A DNA stretch of 64,000 nt from Mustelus asterias (Eukaryota): positions 33,480,001-33,544,000 of the forward strand of contig NC_135804.1 of NCBI RefSeq assembly GCF_964213995.1. Reading direction: 5' to 3'. The translations under genes and the position numbers were made by a program. The notes under the pieces were generated by a model. That model was not told where the DNA came from. It did not search any database and worked only from the letters and a program-made list of their open reading frames with translations. Positions 26,465 through 37,077 of this stretch are shown here, piece after piece (within the stretch, counting starts at the first letter, position 1; every line of letters begins with the position of its first letter).

Positions 26465-27277
26465 TCAAAGGCCGTGTATTTTCGGGCGAATGGGGAGCTG
26501 GTGGTAGGCTGACTTCAAGTCGTTGGTGGAGAACACCCGGTACTGCACAATCTGGTTGACCATGTCAGATATGCACAGGAGAGGGTATGCGTCCAGCTGC
26601 GTGTACCTATTAATGGTCTGACTATAGTCTATGACCATCCAGGGCTTGTCTCCAGTCTTAACCACCACGACTTGCGCTCTCCATGGGCTAGTGCTAGGTT
26701 GAATGATACCTTCCCTGAGGAGCCGCTGAGCCTCAGATCGAATAAAGATCCGATCCTCAGCGTTGTAACGCCTGCTCTTAGTTGTGATGGGTTTGGAGCC
26801 TGGCACGAGATTTTCAAATAAAGAAGGCGGGGTGATTTTGAGTCTTGAGAGACTGCACGTGGAGCGCGCTGGGCGATTTGGAGGCTTCTGTTCTCCCACT
26901 GAAAGTGGAGGGAGTGGCCCATCGTACTGCAGGGTCACACTCCTCAGGTGGATCATAAAGTCTAGTCCCAGGAGTACCGGAGCACAAAGGTGCGGTAACA
27001 CGAGGAGCCTGAAGTTCTCATAAACTGTGCCCTGCACCGTTAGAGTTACCACGCAGCTCCCAAGAACGGTAACAGATCGGGAACTCAACGCCATAGAAAT
27101 TGTCTGCCTGACAGTTTGTACTCGGAGAGCGCACCGTTTCACGGTATCCAGATGAATGAAACTCTCCGTGCTCCCGCTGTCAAACAGACAATGTATCAGG
27201 GGTCCGTTTACCTCTATGTCCATCATGGACTTGTCGAGTCTGTGAGGCTTGGCCTGGTCCAGGATGATTGACGCCAC
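26465..27277 (-). CDS. Gypsy pol fragment: aspartic protease and RT N-terminus
   Basis: CLFDSGS, LLGLDF, IIQPSTSPWRAQVVVV, DLKSAYHQ; frameshifted at both ends. Confidence 0.9.
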   Translation of the reverse strand: MASIILDQAKPHRLDKSMMDIEVNGPLIHCLFDSGSTESFIHLDTVKRCALRVQTVRQTISMALSSRSVTVLGSCVVTLTVQGTVYENFRLLVLPHLCAPVLLGLDFMIHLRSVTLQYDGPLPPLSVGEQKPPNRPARSTCSLSRLKITPPSLFENLVPGSKPITTKSRRYNAEDRIFIRSEAQRLLREGIIQPSTSPWRAQVVVVKTGDKPWMVIDYSQTINRYTQLDAYPLLCISDMVNQIVQYRVFSTNDLKSAYHQLPIRPKIHGL

Positions 27278-28301
27278 TGTTGGATCCCGAGTGCAACTGC
27301 AGGCAGCTGAGATGGTCGTCTGCGGCCGGTGCCGACCAAAATGGCTGCGTCCATGGATCGCACATGGTCGATGGCGTTGAAAGTGGCGGCACTCGCAGGT
27401 CGCACGTGTCTTGCATCGTCGTCCTCAGGAATGGCGGCGCCCGTGAACCGCACGTGGTTGAAGACATCGACGAAGCTGGAGACGAGGAGACGGATCCTCG
27501 GGAGTCACATGCAGCACTGCTTGGCTTCGAAGGTGGCTTCGCTCGGCACACTTTAGAATAGTGCCCTTTCTTTCCACAAGCAGAGCAAAATACCGTCCTG
27601 GCCGGACATCGCTGACGAGGGTGCTTCGCCAATCCACAGAAATAGCACCGGGGGCCTCCTGGAGCTGCCTCCGCCGTCAGGTCCGAGGTTGAAAGCACGA
27701 TCGCGCAGTTCCTAGGAGCCGCTGGGTAGAGTTGAGTCGGTGGCTGTACTTGCCACGATGTTCCCACGTGGTCGGTGGGGTAAGTTTCAAGACTTCTGGA
27801 GGCCGTTTCCATCGCATCAGCCAATTCCACCGTCTTAGCTAGGTCCACGTTACCTTGCTCTAGCAGCCGCAGGCGAATATAGGATGAGCCGATTCCCGCC
27901 ACGAACGCATCTCGGATCAGATCGTTAGTGTATTGAGTAGCCGACACTGGCTTGCAATTGCAGGCTCTGGCTAGCTGCTGAAGTTCGCGCAGGTTCTGTC
28001 CCGTCGTTTCGCCGGGCTGCCGCCGTCGAGTGGCTAGTAGGTGACGAGCATGAATCTCGTTTGGCGGTTTATGGTACAGCTTCTTGAGTAATTCGATGGC
28101 CTCTTTGTAGTCTTGTGAATCGCGGATTGTTGCATACACAGTGTCGCTTACCCTTGCATGGAGGACCCGCAATCTGTCGGCGTCGTTTTGGACTGCTGTT
28201 GAGGCGTCAATATAATCCTGGAAACACTTCAACCAATGGTCGAAAGTGTTCGACGATCCAGCGGCACGCGGATCTAAGGTAAGCCGATCGGGTTTTAACA
28301 T
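27180..28301 (-). CDS. Gypsy Gag with two zinc knuckles
   Basis: 373 aa; RRQPGET, LIRDAFVAGI, CYFCGLAKHPRQRC and CSACGKKGHYSKVC; the C-terminal part is probably out of frame. Confidence 0.92.
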   Translation of the reverse strand: MLKPDRLTLDPRAAGSSNTFDHWLKCFQDYIDASTAVQNDADRLRVLHARVSDTVYATIRDSQDYKEAIELLKKLYHKPPNEIHARHLLATRRRQPGETTGQNLRELQQLARACNCKPVSATQYTNDLIRDAFVAGIGSSYIRLRLLEQGNVDLAKTVELADAMETASRSLETYPTDHVGTSWQVQPPTQLYPAAPRNCAIVLSTSDLTAEAAPGGPRCYFCGLAKHPRQRCPARTVFCSACGKKGHYSKVCRAKPPSKPSSAACDSRGSVSSSPASSMSSTTCGSRAPPFLRTTMQDTCDLRVPPLSTPSTMCDPWTQPFWSAPAADDHLSCLQLHSGSNSGVNHPGPGQASQTRQVHDGHRGKRTPDTLSV

Positions 28302-28351
28302 TTGCTCCGTGGTGTTTTTTTTTTCAAGACAAAATTTGTTGCTAATAAAAT

Positions 28352-28719
28352 TGATGCGCGATTAATTCACTCGGGAGGCTGGATCGTACCCGGGAAATAA
28401 AGGCTTTTATTAGCAACAAGAATAGAGCACACTGCTTAACAATACAATCCCAGACTAAAGGGTCACTAGGAAGTGCAGTGACCTTTATACTCCTATAGGA
28501 AGGCGCAGCCAACCGATGTGTACCACAGAACAATACCAACAGGTGGAACACCCCAACCCTAACCCCAACAGTAACAAGAGTAACATATGTACAAGTGCCC
28601 ATAGTGATAACCATCTATGGTTCAGTACCCATAGTGGTAACCATCTATGGTTCAGTACCCATAGTGATAACCATCTATGGTTCAGTACCCATAGTGGTAA
28701 CCATCTATGGTTCACCACA
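28352..28719 (-). repeat. 5' LTR (368 bp)
   Basis: Direct repeat of 24008-24315 with four 30-bp units. Confidence 0.95.
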
Positions 28720-29509
28720 GGTATAACATTCACAGTTCCCTAGTCCTCTGGCACCACCCCTGTGTCTCAGGAAGACTGCAGGATTATCACCAGAACCTCA
28801 GCAATTTCCACTCACAATTCCCTCAGTACTTTTGGGCACATCTCATCGAGTCCAGGCACCTTATCAATTTTAAGTAACGATAGCCATTCTTCTCAATTAT
28901 AAATTCTTCTAGTGTACCAATTACCCCCTCTCTCATCTCGGCCTGGGTAGCATCCTCTTTCTTTGTAAAGATAGATGCAAAGTACTCATTTAATACCGTC
29001 TGTCAATTCTCCTGCCTCCATGTGTGAGACTTATTTTTTATACCTAATTGGCCCTACTCTTTTTTTATGACTCTTTTATCATTTATAGCCTAATAGAAAA
29101 CCTTGGGATTTATTTTTATGTTAGCTGCCAGTCTCTTTTCATCCTCTCTTCTTGCTTTTCTTTATTTTTTTCACTTCCCCTCTGGTCCTTCTATATTTAT
29201 CCTGAGTCTCCATTTTCTACATGACATCTGTCCTACATGCATCTCTTCCTTTTCACCTTGACCTCTGTCTCACTCGTCATCTGGATTTATTTATTCTGCC
29301 TTTCCCCTTCAAGGGAGTATACTATGACATTGCCCGAAATAATTTCTCTTTGACGGTAGCCCACTGTTCAGCCACTGTCTTTTCTGCCAACACTTGTTTC
29401 CAACTCACTCGCTTCAGATGCATTCTATCAAAATTGGCTTTTCCTCAATTAATTACCACTCCTTGTTCTTTTCCAAGGCCAACCTAAACCTTGTGGTGCA
29501 ATGGTCACT

Positions 29510-31513
29510 GGGTGGAATTTTACAACCTCATTGCGCCCGTTTTGCAACGGAAAAATGTCGTTCAATCGGGCATGATGCGATAGCTGGAATGGTGCTCGTT
29601 TTCACGCCCATTTCCGTTTTACCAAGAAAAGAATTGGCACAATCGGGAACCTGCCCAAAATAGTCGAAACATCAATTTGCATGTTTTTGCATTTATCACA
29701 ATGTCATTGGCGAGTTTCACTCCCAATTGTCCCAGATCACCTGCCTTAATGACCTCGTTCACTGCAGCCGGATTGGTCAGGAAAACACCTCATGTCTAAA
29801 AGTTGCATTCAGGCGCTTGAGCAGTGAGGGTGAGCGAGGAGGTAAGTTTCTGCATTCAAACTGCTTCGTGCTGCTCAGGGGGGGAGTTGTTTCATAGAGG
29901 CCATGTTGCATTTCAGGTCGGCAGGGAGGCTGCGAGTGTTTTGCGGGGGGGGGGGTATTTGTTGCTCAAGAGATCCAACCTCGGACTTCAACATGGACCC
30001 GGGTCAGAGTGCTGACCTCGGGTATTAGCGCTGACTCTGTGCTGGCAGCAGGAGGCACTGTTGCTGGTAGGGGATGGGCTGGAAACTCTCTAAAGTGGCA
30101 ATGCTGCAGCTTCAGGACTTGTCAAGCAGCACTGTCTGTGGCCACCACTGCATGGGAGCTGGCTGTGTGTCTGTGAGTGTGGGGGTTGAATGGGAGGGGC
30201 TGTGTTGCCATTCTGGAATCTGTGGGGGTGGTATGGGGAATGTGTGTTGCTGGGGTCTGTGGGGGGCTATGGGGAGTGTGTGTTACTGGGGGTCTGTGGG
30301 GGGTATGTGGAGTGTGTGTGCTGGGGGTCTGTGGGAGGGTATGGGGAGTGTGTGTGCTGGGGGTCTGTGGGAGGGTATGGGGAGTGTGTGTTGCTGGGGT
30401 CTGTGGGGGGGGCATGGGGAGTGTGTGTGCTGGGGGTCTGTGGGGAAGGTCTGGGGAGTGTGTGTTGCTGGGGTCTGTGGGGGAGGTCTGGGGAGTGTGT
30501 GTTGCTGGGGTCTGTGGGGGAGGTCTGGAGAGTGTGTGTTGCTGGGGTCTGTGGGGGAGGTCTGGAGAGTGTGTGTTGCTGGGATCTGTGGGGGAGGTCT
30601 GGGGAGTGTGTGTTGCCAGGATCTGTGGGGGGGTATGTGGAGTGTGTGTGCTGAGGGTCTGTGGGGGGGGGGGGGGGGGGGGGCAGGGGGGTGGTATGTG
30701 GAGTGGGTGTTGCTGGGCTGGAGGCGAGCAGAGTTCTTTAACCTCTCCATCTGTCTCTCCCTTTCTGCAAATTCCCCCCACCTTCAGATTGACAAGATGG
30801 CCTTGGCAATGTAACCCATTGATCTCGCTGCTCTTTGGGTTGCTGCTGGAGCTGAGGAGGAGGAGCTGGAGGATGAATGGTGGGCAGAGGAGGCCCAGGC
30901 CTTACCACTCGCAGGAGGAGAGGGAGACGGCCAGAGGCAGGACATGGCTGCCATTCACCCCGGGGGTGGGGGGGAGGTTGTGGGGGGGGGGGGGGTGCTG
31001 CAGGAGAAGGATCCAGGCAGTTCAGCATGTTTGAGCAACTGTCGGACATCGTGTGCCGAAAGGAGACAACGCCACCTGTGCCATTTGTTGCAGGACCTTG
31101 CACATCGGGGCACAGGGGGGCACCAACTCCTGGTGACTGTGAAAGTGACAACCACCTTAAATGTTTATGCCATCGTATCCTTCCAGATCACCAGTGGAGA
31201 CCTTTGTGGCATTTCCCAACCATCCGTCCACAAGTGTGTGAAGGAGAGGGAAGACGGTATCTGGCCCGGGGAGTTCTGTCAGCAGAGCTGCTTTTCCCGA
31301 ACATGCGCAGCTTGTGACTCCAATCTGAGCTGCAAGCTGTCTGGCAAATTGGGCCCCACCCACTGCCTCTAGCAGCTAAAAATGGTCTAGCCCATTTTTT
31401 CAAAGACTGAGTGCATAAGATTGGATGTGAAAACTCTCCCAAAAATGAATCAGGAACTCTCCCATTTTCACGTGAGCTGGACACTTAGAAAAAAATCTCG
31501 TAAAATTCCACCC
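29510..31513 (+). mobile_element. Non-autonomous PIF/Harbinger transposon
   Basis: Perfect 14-bp TIRs GGGTGGAATTTTAC / GTAAAATTCCACCC; 3-bp TSD ACT; HARBI1-like remnant HLCHLLQDL...VKVTTTLNVYA..SFQ..SGDLCGISQPSVHKCVKE at ~31075-31245. Confidence 0.9.
30215..30720. repeat. G-rich 36-37-bp minisatellite inside the Harbinger element
   Basis: About 12 units of GGGAGTGTGTGTTGCTGGGGTCTGTGGGGGAGGTCTG. Confidence 0.9.
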
Positions 31514-31649
31514 ACTGTCTTCGACTCTCCCACTGTTATTTGATCCTCTTGGACCAACTCATTCCACAGAACCTGGTCCAACAGTGCTTACCATCTCACT
31601 GCATCAGAAACATACTGCTGTGGAAAATTATCTTGATGTTTTACGTTTT

Positions 31650-31800
31650 TAAGTTTATTTATTAATCTCACAAGTAGGCTTATATTAACACTGCAATGAA
31701 GTTACTGTGAAAATCCCCTAGTCGTCATACTCCGGCGCCTGTTTGAGTACACTGAGGGACAATTTAGCATGGCCAATGCACCTAACCAGTACGTCTTTGG
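31650..31800 (-). mobile_element. Truncated V-SINE with alternative tail
   Basis: Matches the 3' half of 37078-37370. Confidence 0.8.
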
Positions 31801-31859
31801 CTCTTTCTGTGTTGCATTTTTTAAATGATGTCTTGCCATGCTCTCCCTTTTCTCGCCCT

Positions 31860-34800
31860 TTATTAAGTCTTGTTTCTCTCTCCCTCTCGTGTCTCATTAT
31901 GAAGTCTCTCTGCTCTCTCTCTCTCGTGTCTCTTTATGAAGCCTCTCTGCTCTCTCCCTCTCGTGTCACTTTATGAAGTCTCTCTGCTCTCTCTCTCTCT
32001 CGCATCTCTTTATGAAGTCTCTCTGCTCTCTCCCTCTCGTGACTCTTTATGAAGTCTCTCTGCGCTCTCTCGCGTCTCTTTATGAAGTCTCTCTGCTCTC
32101 TCTCACGTCTCTTTATGAAGCCTCTCTGCTCTCTCCCTCTTGTGTCTCTTTATGAAGTTTCTCTGCTCTCTCTCTCTCTCGCATCTCTTTATGAAGTCTC
32201 TCTGCTCTCTCCCTCTCGTGTCTCTTTATGAAGTTTCTCTGCACTCGCCCTCTCGCATCTCTTTATGAAGTCTCTCTACTCTCTCCCTCTCGCATCTCTT
32301 TATGAAGTCTCTCTGCTCTCTCTCTCTCGCATCTCTTTATGAAGTCTCTCTGCTCTGTCCCTCACGCATCTCTTTATGAAGTCTCTCTGCTCTCTCTCTC
32401 TCGCATCTCTTTATGAAGTCTCTCTGCTCTCTCCCTCTCGTGACTCTTTATGAAGTCTCTCTGCTCTCTCTCGCATCTCTTTATGAAGTCTCTCTGCTCT
32501 CTCTCACGTCTCTTTATGAAGCCTCTCTGCTCTCTCCCTCTTGTGTCTCTTTATGAAGTTTCTCTGCTCTCTCTCTCTCGCATCTCTTTATGAAGTCTCT
32601 CTGCTCTCTCCCTCTCGTGTCTCTTTATGAAGTTTCTCTGCACTCGCCCTCTCGCATCTCTTTATGAAGTCTCTCTACTCTCTCCCTCTCGCATCTCTTT
32701 ATGAAGTCTCTCTGCTCTCTCCCTCTCGCATCTCTTTATGAAGTCTCTCTGCTCTCTCTCTCTCGCATCTCTTTATGAAGTCTCTCTGCTCTCTCTCTCT
32801 CGCATCTCTTTATGAAGTCTCTCTGCTCTCTCCCTCTCGCGTCTCTTTATGAAGTCTCTCTGCTTTCTCGCTCTCGCGTCTCTTTATGAAGTCTCTCTGC
32901 TCTCTCCCTCTCGTGTCTCTTTATGAAGTCTCTCTGCTCTCTCTCTCTCGCATCTCTTTATGAAGTCTCTCTGCTCTCTCCCTCTCGCGTCTCTTTATGA
33001 AGTCTCTCTGCTCTCTCTCTCTCGCATCTCTTTATGAAGTCTCTCTGCTCTCTCCCTCTCGCGTCTCTTTATGAAGTCTCTCTGCTTTCTCGCTCTCGCG
33101 TCTCTTTATGAAGTCTCTCTGCTCTCTCCCTCTCGTGTCTCTTTATGAAGTCTCTCTGCTCTCTCTCTCTCGCATCTCTTTATGAAGTCTCTCTGCTCTC
33201 TCCCTCTCGCGTCTCTTTATGAAGTCTCTCTGCTTTCTCGCTCTCGCGTCTCTTTATGAAGTCTCTCTGCTCTCTCCCTCTCGTGTCTCTTTATGAAGTC
33301 TCTCTGCTCTCTCTCTCTCGCATCTCTTTATGAAGTCTCTCTGCTCTCTCCCTCTCGCATCTCTTTATGAAGTCTCTCTGCTCTCTCTCTCTCGCATCTC
33401 TTTATGAAGTCTCTCTGCTCTCTCCCTCTCACGTCTCTTTATGAAGTCTCTCTGCTTTCTCGCTCTCGCGTCTCTTTATGAAGTCTCTCTGCTCTCTCCC
33501 TCTCGTGTCTCTTTATGAAGTCTCTCTGCTCTCTCTCTCGCATCTCTTTATGAAGTCTCTCTGCTCTCTCCCTCTCGCGTCTCTTTATGAAGTCTCTCTG
33601 CTTTCTCGCTCTCGCGTCTCTTTATGAAGTCTTTCTGCTCTCTCCCTCTCACGTCTCTTTATGAAGTCTCTCTGCTCTCTCCCTCTCGCGTCTCTTTATG
33701 AAGTTTCTCTGCTCTCTCTCCCGCTCACGTCTCTTTATGAAGTCTCTCTGCTCTCTCCCGCTCACGTCTCTTTATGAAGTCTCTCTGCTCTCTCTCCCGC
33801 TCACGTCTCTTTATGAAGTCTCTCTGCTCTCTCTCTCTCGTATCTCTTTATGAAGTCTCTCTGCTCTCTCCCTCTCGTGTCTCTTTATGAAGTCTCTCTG
33901 CTCTCTCTCTCTCATGTCTCTTTATGAAGTCTCTCTGCTCTCTCCCTCTCGCGTCTCTTTATGAAGTCTCTCTGCTCTCTCTCTCTCGTATCTCTTTATG
34001 AAGTCTCTCTGCTCTCTCCCTCTCGTGTCTCTTTATGAAGTCTCTCTGCTCTCTCTTTCTCTCACGTCTCTTTATGAGGTTTCTCTGCTCTCTCTCTCTC
34101 GCGTCTCGTTATGAAGTTTCTCTGCTCTCTCCCTCTCACGTCTCTTTATGAAGTCTCTCTTCTCTCTCTCTCTTTCGTGTCTCTTTATGAAGTATGTCTG
34201 CTCTCTCCCTCTCGTGTCTCTTTATGAAGTATGTCTGCTCTCTCTCTCTCGTATCTCTTTATGAAGTCTCTCTGCTCTCTCCCTCTCGTGTCTCTTTATG
34301 AAGTCTCTCTGCTCTCTCTCTCTCGTATCTCTTTATGAAGTCTCTCTGCTCTCTCCCTCTCGTGTCTCTTTATGAAGTCTCTCTGCTCTCTCTCTCTCTC
34401 GTATCTCTTTATGAAGTCTCTCTGCTCTCTCCCTCTCGCGTCTCTTTATGAAGTTTCTCTGCTCTCTCTCCCGCTCACGTCTCTTTATGAAGTCTCTCTG
34501 CTCTCTCCCGCTCACGTCTCTTTATGAAGTCTCTCTGCTCTCTCTCCCGCTCACGTCTCTTTATGAAGTCTCTCTGCTCTCTCTCTCTCGTATCTCTTTA
34601 TGAAGTCTCTCTGCTCTCTCTCTCTCATGTCTCTTTATGAAGTCTCTCTGCTCTCTCCCTCTCGCGTCTCTTTATGAAGTCTCTCTGCTCTCTCTCTCTC
34701 GTATCTCTTTATGAAGTCTCTCTGCTCTCTCCCTCTCGTGTCTCTTTATGAAGTCTCTCTGCTCTCTCTTTCTCTCACGTCTCTTTATGAGGTTTCTCTG

Positions 34801-35715
34801 CTCTCTCTCTCTCGCGTCTCGTTATGAAGTTTCTCTGCTCTCTCCCTCTCACGTCTCTTTATGAAGTCTCTCTTCTCTCTCTCTCTTTCGTGTCTCTTTA
34901 TGAAGTATGTCTGCTCTCTCCCTCTCGTGTCTCTTTATGAAGTATGTCTGCTCTCTCTCTCTCGTATCTCTTTATGAAGTCTCTCTGCTCTCTCCCTCTC
35001 GTGTCTCTTTATGAAGTCTCTCTGCTCTCTCTCTCTCGTATCTCTTTATGAAGTCTCTCTGCTCTCTCCCTCTCGTGTCTCTTTATGAAGTCTCTCTGCT
35101 CTCTCTCTCTCTCGTATCTCTTTATGAAGTCTCTCTGCTCTCTCCCTCTCGCGTCTCTTTATGAAGTTTCTCTGCTCTCTCTCCCGCTCACGTCTCTTTA
35201 TGAAGTCTCTCTGCTCTCTCCCGCTCACGTCTCTTTATGAAGTCTCTCTGCTCTCTCTCCCGCTCACGTCTCTTTATGAAGTCTCTCTGCTCTCTCTCTC
35301 TCGTATCTCTTTATGAAGTCTCTCTGCTCTCTCTCTCTCATGTCTCTTTATGAAGTCTCTCTGCTCTCTCCCTCTCGCGTCTCTTTATGAAGTCTCTCTG
35401 CTCTCTCTCTCTCGTATCTCTTTATGAAGTCTCTCTGCTCTCTCCCTCTCGTGTCTCTTTATGAAGTCTCTCTGCTCTCTCTTTCTCTCACGTCTCTTTA
35501 TGAGGTTTCTCTGCTCTCTCTCTCTCGCGCCTCGTTATGAAGTTTCTCTGCTCTCTCCCTCTCACGTCTCTTTATGAAGTCTCTCTTCTCTCTCTCTCTT
35601 TCGTGTCTCTTTATGAAGTATGTCTGCTCTCTCCCTCTCGTGTCTCTTTATGAAGTATGTCTGCTCTCTCCCTCTCGTGTCTCTTTCTGAAGTTTCTCTG
35701 CTCTCTCCCTTTCGC
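31860..35715. repeat. ~37-bp pyrimidine-rich tandem satellite, about 100 units
   Basis: Unit TCTCTTTATGAAGTCTCTCTGCTCTCTCCCTCTCGTG with variable CT length. Confidence 0.98.
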
Positions 35716-35942
35716 GCCTCTGCAGAAGTCTCCCTGAGACCTCCTTCATTTTATCTGAATTTAAAGACAGCTCCAAAATGTAACAATTTTATAATGCTCA
35801 TAAATGTAGCAGGATTGTGATCGGGGTAAGGCCTCTGATGAAGTATTTCCTTAAGTTGTGTTTTAATCCTTCCAGCTGATTAGTAAGTTATCTGCGCTGA
35901 CTGGATCCTCAGTGTCTGTGGTTGGCAGGCTGGCCAGCTTGC

Positions 35943-36080
35943 TGCTCTGATGAAGGGTCATCCAAACTTGAAACGTTGGCTCCATTCTCTCTCCATAAAT
36001 GCTGCCAGGCCAACTGAGATTTTACAGCATTTTCTGTTTTTGTTTCGGATTCCGGCATCCGCAGTATTTTGCCTTCATAT
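35943..36080 (+). mobile_element. Penelope-like pLTR copy with canonical-core hammerhead remnant
   Basis: CTGATGA AGGGTCATCCAAACTT GAAA CGTT, followed by sequence homologous to 36270-36365. Confidence 0.75.
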
Positions 36081-36098
36081 TATTTTGGTTAGCTGGCT

Positions 36099-36367
36099 GA
36101 GAAAACGCTGGAAAATCTCAGCAGGTCCGGCAGCATCTGTAAGGAGAGAAAAGAGCTGACGTTTCGAGTCCAGATGACCCTTTGTCAAAGCTAAAAGGCA
36201 TAGAAAGTTTCTAATAGTTCCTGTGCCTTTTAGCTTTGACAAAGGGTCATCTGGACTCGAAACGTCAGCTCTTTTCTCTCCTTACAGATGCTGCCAGACC
36301 CGCTGAGATTTTCCAGCGTTTTCTCTTTTTGCTTCAGATTCCAGCATCCGCAGTAATTTGCTTTTAT
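36099..36367. mobile_element. Penelope-like insertion of two inverted pLTR copies
   Basis: 105-bp inverted repeat 36099-36203 / 36221-36325 (3 mismatches); TSD TTGG(T/C)TAGCTGGCT. Confidence 0.85.
36232..36270 (+). ncRNA. Minimal type I hammerhead ribozyme, U3-A8 variant (mirror copy on the minus strand at 36154-36192)
   Basis: AGCT-TTGACAA-A-GGGTC ATCTG GACTC-GAAA-C-GTC-AGCT: stem I, core, stem II, GAAA, palindromic stem III, GUC cleavage site. Confidence 0.75.
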
Positions 36368-37077
36368 TTGGCTAGCTGGCTGGTTGTATTTCAGTGCCTC
36401 AATGCAGGGTCAATTAGGTGAGTATATTTGAAATGTTTTCTTTTGCTTTATTCTGTCAATGCTTCACTGGACTGTATTTTTAAGGACAAAAGCCTAACAT
36501 ACTCGCAGACCTACTGCCCTTACATGTTTGATTTGCTTCTCTAGTGTTTATTTGCACCTTTCCTCATGCATGGTAATGATTTTCACTTTAGATCAGTTGC
36601 ATATCACTTTACCTCGGGAAGATCTCTGCACCCACCTCTGCATTGTATGATTTCTTAATTTGTCCTGAACTTAGAGTACCAAAAGCAATTTACAAATGAA
36701 CTTTCCTGGTTGTTAATGATGCTGGCACACTTGACAAGTCCGCAACCAACTTGGATCATATTATCTCCAGCTTGCAGCCACATCCCCACTGCTTCCAAGA
36801 ATAACACTCTAATTGATCTTAAATCCGAGGAATGAGATCAGATGGTTCAATACAATCAATATAAAACACTGGCAAGTATCTCCAGTTGAGTAAAGAAAAT
36901 AAAGTGCCATCAATGGGAGATCTCAGTAGAGCTCGAATTTAAGTGTTCCATATTTTATAACACTTATTTTGCAATGTAACAGCACATACAATATATTTTT
37001 TGATAAAAGAACTTGTAAAAAAATAAATAGCTCCAGGTTCAGTTCCAGTTTATTAATATTTAACAGAAATGTGCAAT

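Larger units (their letters stand above)
24008..28719 (-). mobile_element. Near-full-length Ty3/Gypsy (Mag-like) LTR retrotransposon
   Basis: LTRs 28352-28719 and 24008-24315 (TG...CA; 5 substitutions plus a 60-bp repeat difference); perfect 5-bp TSD GGTAT (24003-24007, 28720-28724); polypurine tract AGGAGGGGTGAA next to the 3' LTR; gag-PR-RT-RH-IN order. Confidence 0.97.

Noticed and set aside
28599-28719. 30-bp palindromic repeats resembling a CRISPR array
   Set aside because: No spacers; part of the LTR U3 region
30074-31034. Long ORFs in several frames (Gly/Cys/Val-rich and Pro/Thr/His-rich)
   Set aside because: Artefacts of a stop-poor minisatellite
31860-35715. CRISPR-like periodicity and RERERAERLHKE ORFs
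   Set aside because: Units are contiguous with no unique spacers, there are no cas genes and the context is eukaryotic; the ORFs are repeat translations
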